This document shows positions 46,401 through 59,200 of a stretch of 64,000 nt of DNA, in pieces. The first letter of the stretch is position 1, and every line of letters starts with the position of its first letter. The stretch lies in the NCBI GenBank assembly GCA_043228905.1, contig JBHGNT010000009.1:13144001-13208000 (forward strand), in the 5' to 3' direction. The notes under the pieces are model-generated. The model was not told the DNA's origin. It did no database searches and was given only the letters and a program-made list of their open reading frames with translations. The DNA comes from Azolla caroliniana (taxonomy: Eukaryota; Plantae; Polypodiophyta). The translations under genes were made by a program, and so were the position numbers.

Positions 46401-49400
46401 TGCTGCATAGTTAGGGTTCATCTGGTAGCGTCGTTGCGCCACCGGCTTGGCATCCTTACTCAAATGTATCTAGTGTTGATACAACTGAGGATCTAGCACC
46501 CACATGTCCTCATAAGACCACGCGAACACGTCCCGAAACTCCTTTAATAAGGTGATCATTGCCGTCTTCCTTTCTGGAGTCATTTCTTTGGCGATGTGAA
46601 CCGGTCTTGCGTCTTCTGCGGTGCCTAGGTTTACCTCTTCCAACTGAGAGGCTTTTACGCGTTGAGATACTCCAAAGCTTCTTGCGCTTGCCGTAACTCT
46701 CTGATGGCTTCTTTATCCGGTTCTTCATCGGCATCCTTCGGTTGCATTATATATGGTGCCACTGCTTCGTCGACATCAACTTCAAATAAAGGTACGATTT
46801 TCGAATTCTCCTGTAAGTACTGATTGACCTCTTCATTAGCCAATCCTTCAAGCATGTTGACACATTCCGCATATAGCGATGTTAGCTCCTTGCCAGTACT
46901 CGAACGTGGTTGTGTAGGTACTCGTACTTTTTCTTTGCCGCGCCGGAAAGTAATTATGTTTTTCCGCCAGTTTTGCTTGATGTGCGCTATTTTTAGCCAT
47001 GGGCGGCCCATCAACAGTGGGTATGCTCCTTGTGCATTATGTTGGAGGACTACTGCCGAAATGCGGAATGCGTGACCTCCGATAGTTACTTCCAAGTCTC
47101 GTATCAATCCGGTAGGTCTTACTGAACTTGTGTCCGCCATCCGGAGCCAAAACGGGCACGACTCCCAGTCATGGATTCCTAGGGTATTACAAGTCCGGAG
47201 GCTAATCATGTTCACGGCTGATCCTCTGTTTCTAATCGTTCTAGATAGCTCTTGTCCCTTGACGATGGTTGTGATAGCTGGATTGCTCGTGTCCACTACT
47301 ATCGGTCCTTCCTCCGGATTAGAGAAGAACGTCGGAGCCGGTGGTGTGTCGACCGCAGTCATTCCCGTCTTCAGTCCTTCTGTAAACCGAGGTACTAATT
47401 GCAATAGATGACCTAATGGCAATGTGATTTGGCATTCTTGCAATGCCTGCCATGTTGGGTTTTCCGCCTAGCTATTGCCGGTGGGCTCCTCTGGATTCTC
47501 TTTTTGTTGTTCTAGTTCTGCCATATTCCGCTCATTTGCCTTCTTTACCCATTTGGTGGCCTGCTTCTGGATGGCTTCTTGGGTTTCCCATTCCGTTGCT
47601 TTTCCTTTTGATCGGGTGGTCACTTGTTGTATGTCCGCGACTTCCGCTACCACCATGTTTACTGTTGGTCGCTTATCGTAGCTTTTCGCCAAACATTGGT
47701 TACTGTAGTGTCCCTCTTGTCGGCAATAGTAGCAACAAGCCTTCTGGGTGTTGCTAGACTCTGCTATCGCTCTGACACCTAGTTGAGGTCCTGTTGTAAG
47801 TGCTTGGCCTTGGTCTGCTGGTTGGGTGCTTGGTGTACCCTTTCCCGGCTCCCGTTGGTTATCCCCTTTTTTATTGAAATGCCGTTTTTTGTTGAAATGC
47901 TTTTTGTTCCGGTAATCCTGTCGGGGCCAGCCGTCATACTTTCCATAGTCCTCCCTTCGTGGGTTGTAACCGGGGGAGTGATCCCGGTTGTATCGCTCAT
48001 TCCGTTCCCTATTATAGTCCCGATCTCTATCATATCTATCATACCGGTTGCGGTCATAAGCGTCTCTTCGATCACTGTACCGGACATCTTGTGCCGGCCG
48101 GTAACGCTCCTCTCACCGCCAACGCTCTTCTTCCTTCTCCTGGTTGCTCCGTGGTTCGATTTCATGGACCAGTGGCGCTTGCTGATTCAACAAGTTATAC
48201 TCGCACCGATCCATTGTGTGGTTTCTGGAATGGCAAAGCAAGCATTGAGAACGCATGGTGCACTCCAGCGCCAAGTGTCCGGCATTCAGGCAAGTCGTAC
48301 ATTGAATTGCTTGTCGAAATCAGAGGTCTCCATCGGTTGGTAACGTTCGTTCGAGTGCCCACATCGTCAGCCATGAGCTAGAGTTTTCCATTTCCCTGAC
48401 TCGGTCTATGACTTGGTCGACGGAACTCGTGCGGAAATCAATGACTGTGCACACCGTTCGTAGGGGTTCCCAGAGTGCTACTAGGAATATCGCCTTAGCC
48501 TCTTCCTCCGGTGGTGCCCGACTGAGTTGGCTGTGCATTCTTTGGAATCGGATTACAAATTGTTGAATGTTCTCCGTGGGCTCCTGTCAGATGGTATAAA
48601 ATAGGCCGACCATTTCTCGTTGATCCACCTCTTTGTGAAAAAAGTGTAAGAATTTAGTTTTCAATGCCTCAAACGTCGTGATGCTGCTGGGATCTTGCAT
48701 CAGGCGCCATCTGGTGGCAGGCCCTTCTAGGGTCATGCTGAACTCTGCCATCTTTCAGCATTCTGCTTCAGCCGCGGTTAAGCGTTGTGACACATGATTC
48801 GCTTCCTAGGTCTGCTGAAATGCATAGATGTGGGCCTCTACATCCAGATCATCCGGATACTTGGGATATTGAAATGGCATGTCGTCGTCCAGTGTTGGAA
48901 TGCGGACTGGTGGTGTCGAAGGTCTCTCCTCCTCCTCTGTCGAAGGTCTTTCTTCCTTTGTGGGAGGTCTTGCTTCCTCTGTGGGAGGTCTTGCCTCCGC
49001 TGCTTCGGGTGTCGGGGGTTGCTCAGCCCTTGGCCAGTCTGTGGCTTCCAGCTCTGTCAATTCTGGTTCCGGTGTCGGTAAGGTATCCGATTCCTCGTCC
49101 GCCGGTCCATCTGGGGTCTCGTGACTGCTACCGTAATTGGAATGATTGCTATGGTTCTGAATCGCCTTCTCCTGCAGCTAATGCCTGCAGAAGGGATTCC
49201 GCTTCCTGAAGACTACTTAAGTTGCCTCCTTCGTCGGGGTGGAAATCTTGTTGCAAATGGATCACTCACCGGATCACTTTGGAAAATGATTGATCCGCAC
49301 GAATCTCTTCCGCCGCCTGTTGGAAGGCCTCTCGCTTCCACAGCCGCTCAACAAGTCTCCTTGCTCGATCCGTAACCGGTCCGTCTGTTGGTCTAGCCAT

Positions 49401-49454
49401 CCATTCCCGCTGTTGTTCGTTGCGCTTATGCAGGAATCGTGGTTGCCAAAAACT

Positions 49455-49881
49455 TGTTAGGATCTCGGTCCCTCCGGATGGGATACGAGTACCCTGCATC
49501 GAAAGACTCGGTGAGAACCGAATGTGGAGTACCCGGCAATGGAAGACCCGGTGAGAACCGGATGATGCAGACCTGGCGAGAACTGGATGACGAGTACCCG
49601 GCAGGAAGACCCGGTGAGAACCGGATGATGCAGACCCGGTGAGAACTGGATGACGGGTACCCGGCAAAGAAGAACCGGTGACAACCGGATGTTGCAGGCC
49701 TGGTGAGAACCTCTCACTGGATGAAGGGACATATATGTAGATATGTTTTTGAGAGCCCATTGGGGCTATATTTGTAAATAGTCCTAATGTCATATTAGTA
49801 TAAATGTGACCTAGGGCAAACAGCGTGTTAGATCACAGTAGTTGTTATTATCTTCGTATAGTGTAATTGGTGTAATGACTG

Positions 49882-49925
<44 letters not shown>

Positions 49926-50200
49926 TACATAGCATGTCTCTGTTGTAACCGCCGCCAGGCGAAGATTGTGAGCAAGAGGTCGTTGCCTCTATGCTCCCTG
50001 TTGTACTCCTTGACATAGTGATAGTTTGGAGTCTGTGGACTCCCGTGGTTTTTCCCTCTCAGGGTTCTCCACGCTAACATCTTGTGTATTCTCCTTTTGT
50101 TTGTGCACTTACCTCCATTCCCATTTCTATTGTGTTTGATTGTCATCAAGTGATCTACACTTCGGTTGTGGCCAGAGATTATTCCGCATATTTCTCGTCA
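49455..50200 (+). mobile_element. Solo LTR inserted between the Gypsy 5' LTR and its PBS
   Basis: TG...CA; TSD AAACT/AAATT; internal GGTGAGAACCGGATG repeats and (AG)n; related to 53065-53828 and to the LTRs of 39203-55441. Confidence 0.85.
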
Positions 50201-52919
50201 AAATTGTGTTACTCCTAAGGGCCGGACAATAGCCTAACACAGGGTGCTACGGCGAGGTAACTTAGACTAACAATTGATCAGACCTTTATCGGCTACTTAA
50301 GCAACATAGCATGAAACTTAATACACGCTTAAGATAGAAAGTGATAGCACAGAACGGTAATCCGTCGTGATTTACAATGTAACCGGGCCCTTTTATAGAT
50401 CACCGGCTTTGCATACAAAACGGTGCCAACCGGCACACTGATATGAACCGGTCCGGATCCGGATCGGCATATCGATTCCAGTCCATTCGTTCACTTCTCA
50501 AAATATACTTAATTACTAATTATTCTAATAACAGCTTCCGATAATTCTTGCCCTTTCAAATTTTGGATTGTCCTCCACTCCTTGCTAGCTGGCTAACAAT
50601 CGATGGCACTTTGACTGTCGTAGTAGAGCCAAAATACCTCCTACTGGATCCCTAGCTCTCCAATAAAGTGCTTCATCCAGATTACCTCTTTACCGCCTTC
50701 TACTCCACTTCCGTTGTCAATATTTCAACAGACTCTGCAACGTTGATTGCCACGATACAACTCCCCCTGCATATGTCATGGCGTATCCGGATGTAGACCG
50801 GTTGGTATCTACATCAACCGACATGTCCGAATTGGTGAAGCCTTCCAATAGGGGTTTACCTGAGCCAAATCAGAGGCACAAGTCGATCAAAATCCACTCA
50901 CCATGCTAGAAACCCTTCACCATGCTCCGGGCTTTGTATCTCGGTGGGTTTTCGGCGTCTCCTAGTTTCAGCTTGTACACCCACTTGTTCCGAAGCGCTC
51001 TCTTTCCTTTCGACAGCTCTGTTAATTCATATGTGTGGTTCTCATGTAGGGAATCCATCTCATCCTACATGACACTTATCCACTTGTGGATGTGGGTGTC
51101 TTTCTTTGCTTCTTCGAAGCTTTCCGACTCCCCCTCGTCAGTCAATAGAAAATACTACTCTGCATCCAGAAATCTCTAGGGGGTCTTTCTCTCTCTTAGA
51201 GGATATCTAGGTCCTTGGTTTTCGACCACCGGTTCCTCTGTCTGTTTCTCATCCGAATCCGATTCAAGGTCGTGTCCGGTTCCGGTGTCCGATTCTTCTT
51301 CTTTGGTCGATTCGGTTCTTTGTTCAAATCCGGCCGGTTCATCATGGTCTTGGGTTGACATCCAACTTCTGACCGGATGTGTCCTAACATCTTCCAACCA
51401 ATTTCTGTCGGTCGATCCGGAGTCGACTGTCTTCTTCTCCGACTCCCAATCAGTAATGGTCTTGTCTTCCATAAAGCCTATGTCCCGACTCCGAAAAACC
51501 TTCATGTCGACCAAGTCCCATACTCGATAGCCAAACTCATCATCATAGTATCCAAAGAATATACATGGCCTGGACTTCGGGTCCAATTTTGCTCTCTTGT
51601 CCTTTGCTACACATACGTAGGCGAGACAACTGAACACCTTCAAGTGCCGGTAGGACACGCCTTTACCAGTCCATACTCTTTATGGTGTGTCTCCATCCAA
51701 GGGCGCTGAGGGTGATCTATTTATCACATATGTCATTGTCATCAGCGCCTCAGCCCAAAATTTCTTGGATAACTTAGCATTTGCCAACATGCTCTGGACT
51801 CTCTCAATCATCACTGTCTGATTCATCCTTTCAGCCAATCTGTTCAGCTCCGGTGTCTTTGGCACAGTATATTCGAGCTGGATTCCCTTTGACCGATAAT
51901 ACTCCTCGAACTGCCCCGGTACTCACCACCGTTGTCGGCTCAAATTGCTTTCAGCTTCCGGCCAGTTTTCCTTTCCATTCTTGCATGGAATTCCTTCAAG
52001 AAGGTCAACACCCGATCCTTCATCTTCAGCAGTGAGACCCGCAACTTCCGGTGGTGGTAATCTATGAATGTCACAAAGTATTGTGATCCGGCATGTGACT
52101 TCGTGTCCACTTGGCATACATCGATATGCACAAGTTCCAATGGTTCTTTTCATCTTGTCGGTGGTCGGGTTGGGAAAGAGGTTCGGTTCTGCTTGCCAGC
52201 CAAACAGTCAATGCACTTCTCAAGCTACACGTCTTTCATCTCCGGAATGAGGTTATCTTCGGCAAGTCTCCGCATTCCCTTCTGGCTCATATTGCACAAC
52301 CTCTTGTGCCACAACTCACCGGCAATGTCAGATACCACGTTCACTTCTTCCTGGCATAACCGAGCATGCATCAGGTATAATGTGTTCATCCTCCGAGCTC
52401 AAGCCACGATCAAGCTTCCTTTGCTGAATTTTATAATTCTGTTTCGGATGCTACCCATGTAGCCTTCATCATCCAATTGATCGGCTGATATCAGGTTCAA
52501 CCGAACCTCCGGAATGTGTTGGACATCCTTCATCAGCAACTTGCACCCGGTTGACGTTGTCAGTCACATGTCTCCTATGCCAACGATTCGGCATGTAACA
52601 TCATTCCCCATCCTCACACAGTCGTGATCTCCAACTTTTTAGGATGCGAAAAACTTTCGGTCGGGGGTCAGATGGAATGATGCTTTGGAGTCGACCACCC
52701 ATGTACTAACAAGATGGAGCTCGCTCTCGTCTGTGATGAGTAGCAGTTCTTCTTCACTTGTCGCGATTGCCAACGTTCCTCTTCTTTCCGAAATCTTCTT
52801 CGGTTCTGGAATGTCGGTAATTCTTCTGGAAGTGCCCCAGCTTTCCGCAATAAAAGCAGGTGGGCCTCCCCCTTGACTTTGACCTCGTCCCCGATTTGTC
52901 CCGGTTCTGGGGACTCCGA

Positions 52920-54159
52920 TGATAGAGTTTTGGCAACTCTATATGCACGGCAAAACACATAATAGGCCCCCACCCCAAGCTCAACAAATAACATATATGT
53001 ATAGAAATAGGAACATAGACATAAACAAACAAGGTAGATATAGAAGGAAGAATGAAACTATTATTGTTAGGAAACAGGTCCCTCTGGATGGGAAATGAGA
53101 AGAACAGTACTGATGAGCAAACTCGGCCGAGGCTGATAGGCCGATGATGAAACCGGATGTGGAGTACCCGGCTACGGAAGACTCGGTGATAACCGGATGT
53201 GGAGTACCCAGAAACGGAAGACCCGGTGAGAACCGGATGTGGTGTACCTGGCTACGGAGGACCCGGTGAGAACCGGATGTGGAGTACCCGGCAACGGAAG
53301 ACCCGGTGAGAACCGGATGACATGTGCCCAACAAGCGCCGGATGATGCAGGCCCGGTGAGGAGTGCTCACTGAATGAAGGGACATATTCGTAAATATATT
53401 TCTGAGAGTCCATCGGGGCTATATTTGTAAATAGCCGAAAAGTCATATTAGTATAAATATGACTTAGGGCAAACATTAGAGTTCTTGTCATTCTTGTTGG
53501 CGCAAGATTAGAGCGCAACAGTGTACAGAGAGAGAGAGAGAGAGAGAAAGAGACGAAGAGTTCGTATCTCTGTTGTAACCACCGCCTGTGGCAAAGACAG
53601 TGAACAAGAGGTCGTTGCCTCTGTGTTCATCTATTGTATATTGCTACATAGTGATAGTTAGCAGTCAGTGGACTGCCGTGGTTTTTTCCCATGTTTGGGT
53701 TTTCCACGTAAACATCCCGTGTACTCTTCTCTCCATTATGTCGTGCATTCATTCCCGTTTTTTCTGTGTTTGATTCTAAGCTTGGTTGTGGCCGAGCGGT
53801 GTTCATCGGGAGCACGTAGTTCCTGACAATTATAATATAAGAATGACACTTGGATGTGTATACAATGTAGAGAGGAAGAGCTCTTGCACATATGACTACG
53901 CTCCACTCAAAAATCTATCTTAACAAGACCCTCTAGCCTTCTTTTATAGTTGTGAGGGACTTTTGCATGAGCACCATTTGTCACACATGTATTTTGCATG
54001 CATACTACTTTTGTATGCATCTACTACATGCATTTATCATTAAGTAATATTGAATATTGAATATAACAAACCAATAATGGCTTGATGGTTAAGCTAGATA
54101 ACTATGAACACATATGTGATGTGTTCAATTCCTTCCAAGTACGAGCTTGATTTTGAACA
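52920..54159. mobile_element. Solo LTR (~470 bp net) inserted in Copia gag, itself interrupted by another solo LTR
   Basis: TG...CA; TSD TCCGA (52915-52919, 54160-54164); removal restores gag GRGRNR|SPQNRDK. Confidence 0.85.
53065..53828 (+). mobile_element. Solo LTR nested inside the solo LTR 52920-54159
   Basis: TGTTAGGAAACAGG...CCTGACA; perfect TSD ATTAT; ~40-bp internal tandem repeats. Confidence 0.9.
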
Positions 54160-55827
54160 TCCGATTCCGACCTCTTCCCCGGTTATGGACGTCTTTCGTA
54201 ACCAAGGCCTTCGGATCAGTTCTGGACTCCTGGTCCTTCCGGAGAGCTTCTTCGTTTAACAAGCTTGACTTCACTCTCGCCAGAGATAAGTCCTTTCCTT
54301 CCGGTCCAACATTGCCCAGAGTGACAACCAATGTCTCCCAACTATTCAGAAGGGACCCAAGCAATAACAATGTTAGTACCTCATTGGCTAATGGTACTTC
54401 GAGCAAGGTAGTCTGGTTTATCAGCCCCTGGAAGGTGTTGATATGCTATGCCATGTTGGCGTTGTCTTAATACCGGAACCTCACTATCTTCCGGAATACC
54501 AAGACCCAATTTACGACATTCTTGTTCTCCAACATCGTGCCGATCTTCTTCCAAAGCTCATTGGCCTTGTTCTCTTCATTTAAGTTATTGTACAGGCTCA
54601 TGTTAATGAAGCATCGAATGTATGCCATTGTTTTCATGTGCATTACTTCCCTGGTCGTGGTATTGATCTTGTTCGATCTTTCGTCCCCAAATTGTACCGG
54701 TAGCCATAGATCTTTGACCACCAACATGTCCTTCATCTTCGACTTCCATACAGGGTAGTTGGAGCAGGTGAGTTTGAACATGCCGCCGAATGAGTCTTCC
54801 ATTTTTATTTTTTTTGAAGTTTAGAACTTCGTTCTGATACTAGTTTGTAGCAAACAGTGGTTGGGCACAACCGAGTCTCAATCACAATGGAAGAAAAAAA
54901 TAGAACAAAAATCAATATTAATGCACTTACACACAAAATGGGTCGACACAGGATATTAACGTGGAAACCCTAATCGAGGAAAACCACAGGAGTTCTCTGA
55001 CTCCGAACAGAATCACTATAGAGGAGGGGTACAATAGAATGAGACTCAGAGGCAACGACCTCGAGTTCAACATCTTCGCCAAAAGACGGTTACAGTAGAA
55101 GGAGCTTTCTGTGTGTCTCTCTCTCTATCTGTACAATGATAATGATAACGACGACTATAATGATGATCTACGCATAACAATATTGCCATAGTTATATTTA
55201 TACTTAGATAACTTTGGGGCTATTTACAAATATGGTCTCAACGGTCACGTCTGAAAATATTTACCAATATTTTCCTATTTGCTGGTTCATACCAGATCCA
55301 ATTGGACTCCTTCCGGATCCATCTGATACGGTGTCTGGATACCTTCTGGATCCATCCAGTCAGGTTCCTTCATTCGTATCGTCTGATCCAACTAATCCGG
55401 TTCTCATCCAAATCCCATCCGGAGGAACCTTTTTCCGAACAGTTATATGCATCTTGTAAGTCGATCTTTGTGGAACACTTTGCACCATTAATCCTTTCTA
55501 AAAGACTCAAGATCAGGGGAACTGCATACCTATTTTTTATGGTAACTTTATTCAGGCCTTAGTAATCCACGACTAGACGAAGTGATCCATCTTTTTTCTT
55601 TACAAAGAAAATAAGTGATTTGACTGGAGATTTTGAATGTTGAATGAATCCATTCCCCAAGTTTTCCTCTATGTAGGCTCGAAGAACCTCAAGTTCGGTT
55701 GGTGACAAGTTGTAGATTGGTCCCCATGGTGGCTATTTTCCTTGTGGTAAATCAATGGGAAAATGATATGGTTGATGTTGAGGAAGAGTATTAGCTTTTA
55801 CCTTATAAAAAACATGGGCATAATGGT

Positions 55828-56285
55828 TGTTGAGTGACAAGCTCATCATGGGCCGAATCGGCTTAAGAAGCTGAGAGCCGGATCAGACGAAGGCCGATCA
55901 GCTAGGTCCGAATCGGCTGAATAAATCGTAAGCCGAATTGGAGTTGCCAAGTCAGATGGAGTCCGACAGGCCATTACATAGCCTAGATGCCTATTTTAGT
56001 AAATAGGCCTATTCATGAGCATTAAAGTACTGATAGTACTTGTGTCAGCCCACTCGTTAGGGCTTGTATAAAAAGTGCTCAGTGAGCACATTGTATGGAC
56101 TAAATACAAAACATTGAGTCATTTGATAATAGAAGTCTTGTGTTTGCTCACTCACTCACTCTCTCTCACTCCTACTCTGTGTTTGCCTAACTATCGGTCT
56201 TTTACTGTCTGGTCGAGCCGGCTATGTTACGAGCATGACCATATAATATCCCGTGGTGAGAATTTACCGTAGTATTCTATACACA
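55828..56285 (+). mobile_element. LTR or LTR fragment related to the 31985-32386 Copia LTR family, opposite orientation
   Basis: Starts TGTTGAGTGACAAGCTC, matching the reverse complement of the 32386 LTR end; shares the gtacttgtgtcagccc...gtgctcagtgagcac segment. Confidence 0.7.
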
Positions 56286-59200
56286 TGTGAAAAACGTAAC
56301 GTGCAGAAGCTATATGACACACAGAATACTAACAGGAGAAAACAACAGGTTTAATGGAGAGCTTAGGACACGATGTACACAGGAGAGACAGAGAGGGAAA
56401 ATAACACACAAAAGAAACTAAATTCAAAATAATGTGTAAAAACTCTATACATAGGATGTGCTCAGGGAGCACTTTTATACAAGTCCATACGGACTAACAG
56501 AAGTATTCATACGTATTTCAATGCTCATAACTGAGCTCCTACACTAACTCCCAAATATATTCCCTTGCGGAATATCTGTTCAACGGCCTCCCGGTTTCCG
56601 CACCGATCCGGCCTCTTGTTCGCACCGGTTTACGCATCGGTTTACGCACTGATGCGGCCAATGTTGAGCTCGTATCTCAAAACTCCCCCTCAAGCTCAAC
56701 TTGAGGCTCTTTCGGTCCTTCGCTCTGGTTTCTCTTGGCTTTACGCCTCGCTCGCGCTCCTCGACCCATTCGATTCCATGTGTCTCGACCCTTATGGTCG
56801 GCTTGTCTGCTCGTGCAGCCTTTTCCAGCTCCCTTGATGTCATGGTGTTGGCGCCTCTTTTGCTGCCCTTTATTCCACTTGGCCTTGAGTTGATTCAGTG
56901 TCTCCGCCTCAAACATCCGAGCTAAATCAGTTGTCTCCGATTCGTCTCCGCTTTTGTCCGAATTGGTTGTCTCCAATTCGTCCTCAATCTTGGCCTTCTC
57001 GCCCTTGTTGGCTTCATCTCCCCCATGTTTGGCTGGCTCCGGCTCTTTCTTTCGGTTGTTGCCATCTCGTTCGCTTCCGAACTCTTTCATGGATTCGCCT
57101 TCGGCTTCTTCAGCCGACACTAAATCAAATTCGTCATCCGATTTGATGTCGCGATCACTTCCGCTCCTTTCCTTGGTCTTGCGGGACCTTTCTCCCCCTC
57201 AAGTTAGGCACGTCAAGTTGCCGCAACCCAAGCGCACCCGAGAATTGCCACAACTTGTCCAGACCAAGGGGCTTGGTGAAAATGTCGGCGGTCTGCCGAT
57301 CCATTGAAACATATTGAAATTCAACTTCACCAGAGAGGACACGTTCACGGACAAAGTGGTAGTGCACCTCAATGTGCTTACTTCGGGCGTGGAAGATGGA
57401 GTTCTTCGCATGTTGGATGTTGCGGAGGTTGTCGCAATAGATCATCGTCAGATCGGACACCTCCACCTGCAAATCCTTAAGGAGCCGCTTTAGCCATATG
57501 ACTTCGCATGTTGCGACAACTGCTCCTCGATACTTAGCCTCTGTGCTCGACAGAGCAACTGTCGGCTGCTTCTTGCTCCTCCATGCGATCACGGTGCTCC
57601 CAGGGGAGAACGTGAATTTGGATGTGTATCGGCGATCGCCGGCGTTTCCGGCCCAGTTGGCATCCGTATAGCCGACTAGTTGTGCAGCAGTACCGGTGCG
57701 ATATAGTAGCCCCCGGTCCTTAGTGCCACTGATGTACGGGTTCTTCTGGCGGGTATATCGGCGTAATTGCACATTAGCTGATGTTGAGGCCGTTCTGGGC
57801 GACGCGGACTTTGCTCTTGAAGGCCCGTCATCGCTCTTCTTGGAGTCAGATTCGCGTCGATTCGACTCGTCCCTATCCGTGCCGTACTCTAGCATCTTCT
57901 TCTTTCCCTTTTCTTTGCACGTAAGCCGTTTCTTCGGCTTCCTGTGCAGGGAATGCACGACTGAGTCTCCACTACTTGTTGGTTCTTCATCTGACTGGTC
58001 AAACCGACTCAGTCGCTCATTCGGTCCACTTAACTGAAATGAGTTCGAACTCTCTTCAAGAGTTCCGGCTTCGAGTTCATCAGGAGGCATCTCAGCCTCA
58101 CTGAGCTCATCTTCAGAGCTCGAATTGGAGTTGGGGTCCGGAGTCGGAGGCAAATACCAAGAAGCAGACTTATCAAACACAACATCGCGACTTACGTGAG
58201 CTTGTTTGGTTCAGGGCTTATAACACTTATAACCCTTTTGTTCGTTCGAGTAGTGGACCAAGATATACTTCTTGGCTTTCGCGTCCAGCTTTCTCTGTTT
58301 CTCCTTTGGCACATGCACATACGCGATGCTACCGAAAACCCTCAAGTGTCGTAGATTCGGGATCCTTCCGAAATGCAACTCATGTGTCGACACTTTTTCG
58401 CCAATTCGATTCTGGATGTAGACAACGATTCGGATTGCTTCGACCCAATAGAACTTGGGCATGCTCTTTTTTTCCAGCATTGCCCGTGCCGCTTCCACAA
58501 CCGACTGATTCTTCCTTTCGGCTACGCTGTCGTAGTGTGAATCACACACTACGTGAAATATGTAAAATACTATATCCGATTTAAAATACGTATAATAAAT
58601 AAAATAAAATATTAAAAATATTTATTATGTGCATAAGGCAAGGTTCGAACCCTATACCTCCACGTAGACAAACCCCGACCTTACCACTATACTAGCATAT
58701 TATGAATTTTAATGTTATACTAGACGTTATCCCATGTAAATGTTCTAGATATGCATGGTACAAAAAGTTATTCATGCATACACACTCGAGTTAAAAGAAA
58801 AGATGGGATAGAAAGTTAATCATGCACATGCAGTGTGCATGAAAACTAAAGTTAGGAAAAGCATGATGCTTGCATGTGATAAACTTAGACTCTTCCAACA
58901 CTATATAAGGGAGAGAGAAAGATGTATCGTGGTTGTTGCTTATTTTACAAAGGGGGATTAATATAATATAATCGTGGGATTCACGAATTTGCTAACTATT
59001 TTTCTCTCTTAATCTAAGTACTCACTAATACACTACACTCGTGGGATTCACGAGTTTTTCATATCTTTCTTTCTTACAACATATTTCATATTCTTCATTG
59101 CCTTAGAATTTTCTTTTCTCCTAGTCCAAAACCTCAGTGGTTCCCGGCCGATTCACGCAACGATCCGGAGCCGAAAGGCACGACAACACCGTTTTGCTCC

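Larger units (their letters stand above)
39999..50598 (-). mobile_element. Non-chromovirus Ty3/Gypsy LTR retrotransposon with an extra 3' ORF
   Basis: LTRs 39999-40455 and 50207-50598; PBS-like TTTTTGGCAACCACG (tRNA-Arg-like); gag, PR (46655-47443), RT (RVCVDYRKLN, FLDGFSGYNQI), RNase H (FHVFVDASD), INT (ISDQGGHF, YYPQANGLAE); degenerate TSD GTGGA/ATCGA. Confidence 0.92.
39203..55441 (-). mobile_element. Older Ty1/Copia (Tnt1/Tork-like) element with three nested insertions
   Basis: Diverged LTRs 39203-39770 and 54846-55441; TSD GTTAT; PBS-like TAGTATCAGAAC; gag MEDSFGGMFKLTCSNYPVWK; INT at ~51.2-52.3 kb; RNase H YDSQSAIHLAKN...HSRTKHI split by the Gypsy insertion. Confidence 0.92.
22747..55827 (-). 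mobile_element. Degenerate Ty3/Gypsy (chromovirus-type, Tcn1-like by inference) element that hosts most nested insertions; pieces 22747-24935, 38863-39202 and 55442-55827
   Basis: 3' LTR 22747-23192 (TGTTAGGAATA...ATGACA) plus PPT; integrase PWQSISLDFITDL...DHGPQFISKFW; RNase H KPFIIET / DFALGNILSQ split by the TIR element; RT DLQDAYNLIQI split by a Copia with TSD GTTAT. The 5' LTR was not found. Confidence 0.85.

Noticed and set aside
42988-49375. Long plus-strand ORFs (e.g. 42988-43575, 47783-48343)
   Set aside because: They are antisense shadows of minus-strand retroelement coding sequence.
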